A stretch of DNA of 64,000 bases from the human T2T-CHM13v2.0 reference genome, Homo sapiens, in NCBI RefSeq assembly GCF_009914755.1, contig NC_060928.1. The stretch is one strand, 5' to 3'. Below the pieces are notes generated by a model, which saw only the letters and a list, made by a program, of their open reading frames with translations, was not told where the DNA came from and ran no database searches. The position numbers were made by a program, and so were the translations under genes. Positions 60,142 through 64,000 of this stretch are shown piece by piece (position 1 is the first letter of the stretch; every line of letters begins with the position of its first letter).

Positions 60142-61729
60142 CTGCTTTCTTTCCAACATCTAAACGTGTTCATATTTTTGGGAAAACTATATGTAGAGAA
60201 AAAAAAAAAAAAAGAAAAGAAGAGCCCAAGAAACTGTCATTAGACCCTGTAAGGAGAAGACGTGGTGTTACCTTTGGTTTCAGTGTCTGCAAATATAAGA
60301 GGTCTTCAGTAAAAACAAACAAACAAAAAAAGACAGATGTATAAAAAACACACACACCCCCTGACCCCCAGAGAGGGGGGAGGTCATCTTCTGTAAGACC
60401 CAATTCACGCAGAAGTTAGACAAATGCCTATTGCAAAGCCCTTGGCATTTCTCAGGAAATAGGATCGAGCTAGAAGCTGAAAACTAACACAGCACCCGGT
60501 CCGGCTACAAACACCTACAAGTTTTTTTTTTCCAAGAAAATATCGTACCTCAGGATCTACTCTTGAGCTCCATGGGAGACCTTTATTAGGCTGAGATCCC
60601 AAAAGCCTTGTGTGGTTTGCTCTGGTGGCTGTTCTGTGGCTTGCTGTTGGGGTATTTCTTACCCCCTTCGAGTTGAAATTTAAATGATTTACAAATCAAA
60701 GGTTACTTCCTCACTTTCAACTCTTATTCTTCTTCCACAAGAACACCAAACGGACCTCGAGTAATTTCACTTTTCCACAAAAAATGACATTTCTTTACTG
60801 AAATCCCCTCTTCCCTTATGTGTGATACCATATTAAATACCACCCAGAACCTATGTTACAAGATTATTTTGAAACTGTGGATGTGCATGGGCCTTAAACA
60901 GCCAATATCACCAATATTTTAATTTTATTGAAGTTGTTTGGTACTCTCAAATCAAAATACCTCCAGAGAATCACAGTATAGTTTGCTGTAAAGCCTTAAT
61001 AATAAAAAAAAATTGTTTTCAAAGCACTCCCAATAACCTGTAAGAACAGGAAGCAATCATCTGATTTTATACTTGAGGAAAATGGAACTCAGAGCAGTTT
61101 GGTGATGGGCTGAAGGTGACAGACGCCATCGCTTCTTTGAAACCAGTACACAATGTCTATTTCAGTACCAAGCAGGGGCCACACACTTGCTTCCCAGTAC
61201 TTCCCAGTCAGCACTAACCAACATCTGAACTTAGGAGTTTTAAGTTTTAATCCATTTAAAGGTTGTAGGTAGGAACATTTGGAGAAGCGTATTTCGTTTG
61301 TTCTATTTTTCTGTCTGTTTCTTCCTTTAGGGGGGTGTCAACTTACGAACAATAATAGGATATTAAGAACAGAATGTATATGGGGAAATAAAGAACTCTT
61401 ATAATGTAAAACTTAAACCTAATTTTAAAAAGTCTAAGGTTTAATGTCACAGACAAATGGTTGAAAGGCTATTAAAGCAGTTAGGATTGAGGTTGTATTC
61501 ATTAACTTCTGAGGTGACATCAAAGAAGGCAACCACACCCTTCACAAGTCTGCATAGACCAAAGGTTTGATCCAATTTTGTTTCTTGGGTTTCCAAGCAG
61601 TGAACTATGAATATTTACTCCGGGGGAAAAGGTTGAAGGAAAACAGAAATACTCAAACCAAATTCTCCACCTATACAAATGATGCTGAGAAAAAACTTGC
61701 CAGAGAAGTCGGACAAAATCCAAGCAACA

Positions 61730-61870
61730 GGCTGGGTGGAGTGGCTCACACCTGTAATCCCAACACTTTGGGAGGCTGAAGTGGGAGGATCGCTTGAGGC
61801 CAGGAGTTTGAGACCAGCCTGGGCAGTATAGCGAGACCCTTTCTCTACAAAAATAAACTTAAAATAAAAA
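61730..61870 (+). mobile_element. FLAM Alu monomer
   Basis: TSD AAAATCCAAGCAACA. Confidence 0.85.
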
Positions 61871-62156
61871 ATCCAAGCAACAGTGCTAAAGGCCCAGGGT
61901 TGTTAGGAAACCAGCCTCTCCTCTGACAATGCCTTTAACCACAGATGTTAGTACCTGAAGCTTTCAGGTTATGGACCTTCTCAGCCACCGGAAGAGAGAG
62001 AAGACTTTGGGGATACATGAAGACATTCTTAAAAGACTTTAAGCTTAATTATGGGAGAAGAAGACACAGTTAACTTGGCACCAGAAAGAAGAGGTAGCAG
62101 TAGCAGAACTGACAGAGAGAAATGTCAGTTCCATCATAAAGAGGCATTTCTAATAC

Positions 62157-62877
62157 TGAGAGACAGGACTAGCTGGATTTCCCAGGCCGAATAAGAATTC
62201 CTAAGCCTAGCTGGGAAAGGTGACCGCACCCACTTTTAAACATGGGGCTTGTAACTACTCAGCTCACACCCAACCAATCAGGTAGTAAATAGGCTCACTA
62301 AAATACAAATTAGGCTAAAGCAGGAGGTAAAGAAATTGTCAAATCATATATCGCCTGAGAGCACAGGGGGAGGGACAATGATCGAGATATAAACTCAGGC
62401 ATTCAAGCAGGGAGTGGGCAACCCCTTTGGGTCCCCTCCCGTTGTATGGGAGCTCTGTTTTCACTCTATTAAATCTTGCAAACTGCACACTCTCTGGTCT
62501 GTGTTTGTTCTGGTTCGAACTGAGCTTTCACTCGCCGTCCACCACTGCTGATTGCCGTCGTTGTAGAAGCCACCACTGACTTCCACCCCTCCGGATCCGG
62601 CAGGGTATCCGCTGTGCTCCTGATCCAGCGAGGTGCCCACTGCCACTCCTAATCGGGCTAGAGGCTCGCCATTGTTCCTGCACGGTCTAAGTGCCCAGGG
62701 TTCATCCTAATCGAGCTGGATAGAGCTATAACACTCACCGCATGCATGGCCCAAGATTCCATTCCTTGGAATCCGTGAGGCCAAGAACCCCAGGTCAGAG
62801 AACAAGAGGCTTGCCGCCACCTTGGAAGCGGCCCGCCACCATCTTGGGAGCTCTAAGAACAAGGACCCCCGGTAACA
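62157..62877 (+). mobile_element. HERV-W LTR17 solo LTR, antisense to TSPAN5
   Basis: Starts TGAGAGACAGGACTAGCTGGATTTCC, ends GGTAACA; 4-bp TSD ATAC (62153-62156, 62878-62881); CCAAT, TATA-like GATATAAA and ATTAAA present. Confidence 0.93.
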
Positions 62878-63737
62878 ATACCACCAAGTCTGTTCAATGA
62901 ACCAAAGAAGGCTGCCCTGAGAAATACGGGATTCCCCAACAGGGTTGCTGATGCTGTGAACCTTTGTCAACAGCATTCTAGGAAAGATTCCCAAAGTGGA
63001 TGGGAAATTAGGCCTTAATGACCTTTAGGATTCCTTTCAACTTTAAGACCGTTCTATGATTTCATCCATTTTTAATGGGCTTTTTAGTTGCGGCTCACAA
63101 GTCTGAACAAAGATCAGATTGCTCCCAAACCCTTGCCCATGATCCATGGTTGTACATAAAGAGCTCAGTGGGTAACAAAGACGATGATCTGAGCAACTCA
63201 GCAAAGCAAGCAACAAGCTAGCAAACATACCTATGCCCGAAATAGCAAAATAATCCCTCCCCCAAAGACAAAGAAGTATGATCCCAACTGTCAGGAGATT
63301 CCTAGATCATCTGCACTCTCTGGGTTTAATTTGGAGGATAAAAATTGGCTTCTCAGACAAACTCATTTTAATACTTACTCTCTCCAGCCTTCAGAGGCAG
63401 TTTTAATTGAGAGCCTTCAACTGTTTCCACGGAAACAACAATCATTGGGGGGCTGAGCTGGACTGCAGATTCTACTTATTTAATCCTAAATTCTGGCAAA
63501 GATAGAGCTGCAAACAGATACTACAGCGTGCTGGGGGGAACTAATCTCCCACAAAGCATAGGAAAGACTACCAAGAACTTTATTTTTAATTGATTCAGAA
63601 TATACCCACGTAGTTATCAGTTGAAAACTAACTCAAATCTTTTTTTTCCTGGGTGAAAAGAATATATCCTTTATCTACTTATTTAAAATTATTTTAAAAT
63701 TTTAAAAAACTGAAATGGACATAAAATTGTATGTATT

Positions 63738-64000
<263 letters not shown>

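Overview
Human genomic DNA (a consensus-like AluYb8 indicates human; gene content matches the RAP1GDS1-TSPAN5 interval, chr4q23 from recall). Two genes converge tail-to-tail. The last three coding exons and 3' UTR of RAP1GDS1 (SmgGDS) lie on + (6903 to ~16830). The last six coding exons and 3' UTR of TSPAN5 lie on - (59844 down to ~43330). About 26.5 kb of repeat-rich intergenic DNA separates them. All nine exons were checked for splice sites, frame and translation. The rest is mostly interspersed repeats (L1, Alu, MaLR/ERVL/ERV1/ERVK solo LTRs, Tigger/Charlie DNA transposons), and almost all ORF-track entries are repeat-derived or spurious. I see no new protein-coding or RNA-gene system. The most unusual structures are two local inverted duplications in the intergenic gap. 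One is a ~635-bp near-palindrome (31586-32220) built by fold-back copying across nested MIR/MER46A/Tigger2a elements. The other is a tail-less inverted copy of a neighbouring Alu (18071-18322 vs 18714-18966). Repeat subfamily names come from recalled consensus sequences and need RepeatMasker/Dfam confirmation.
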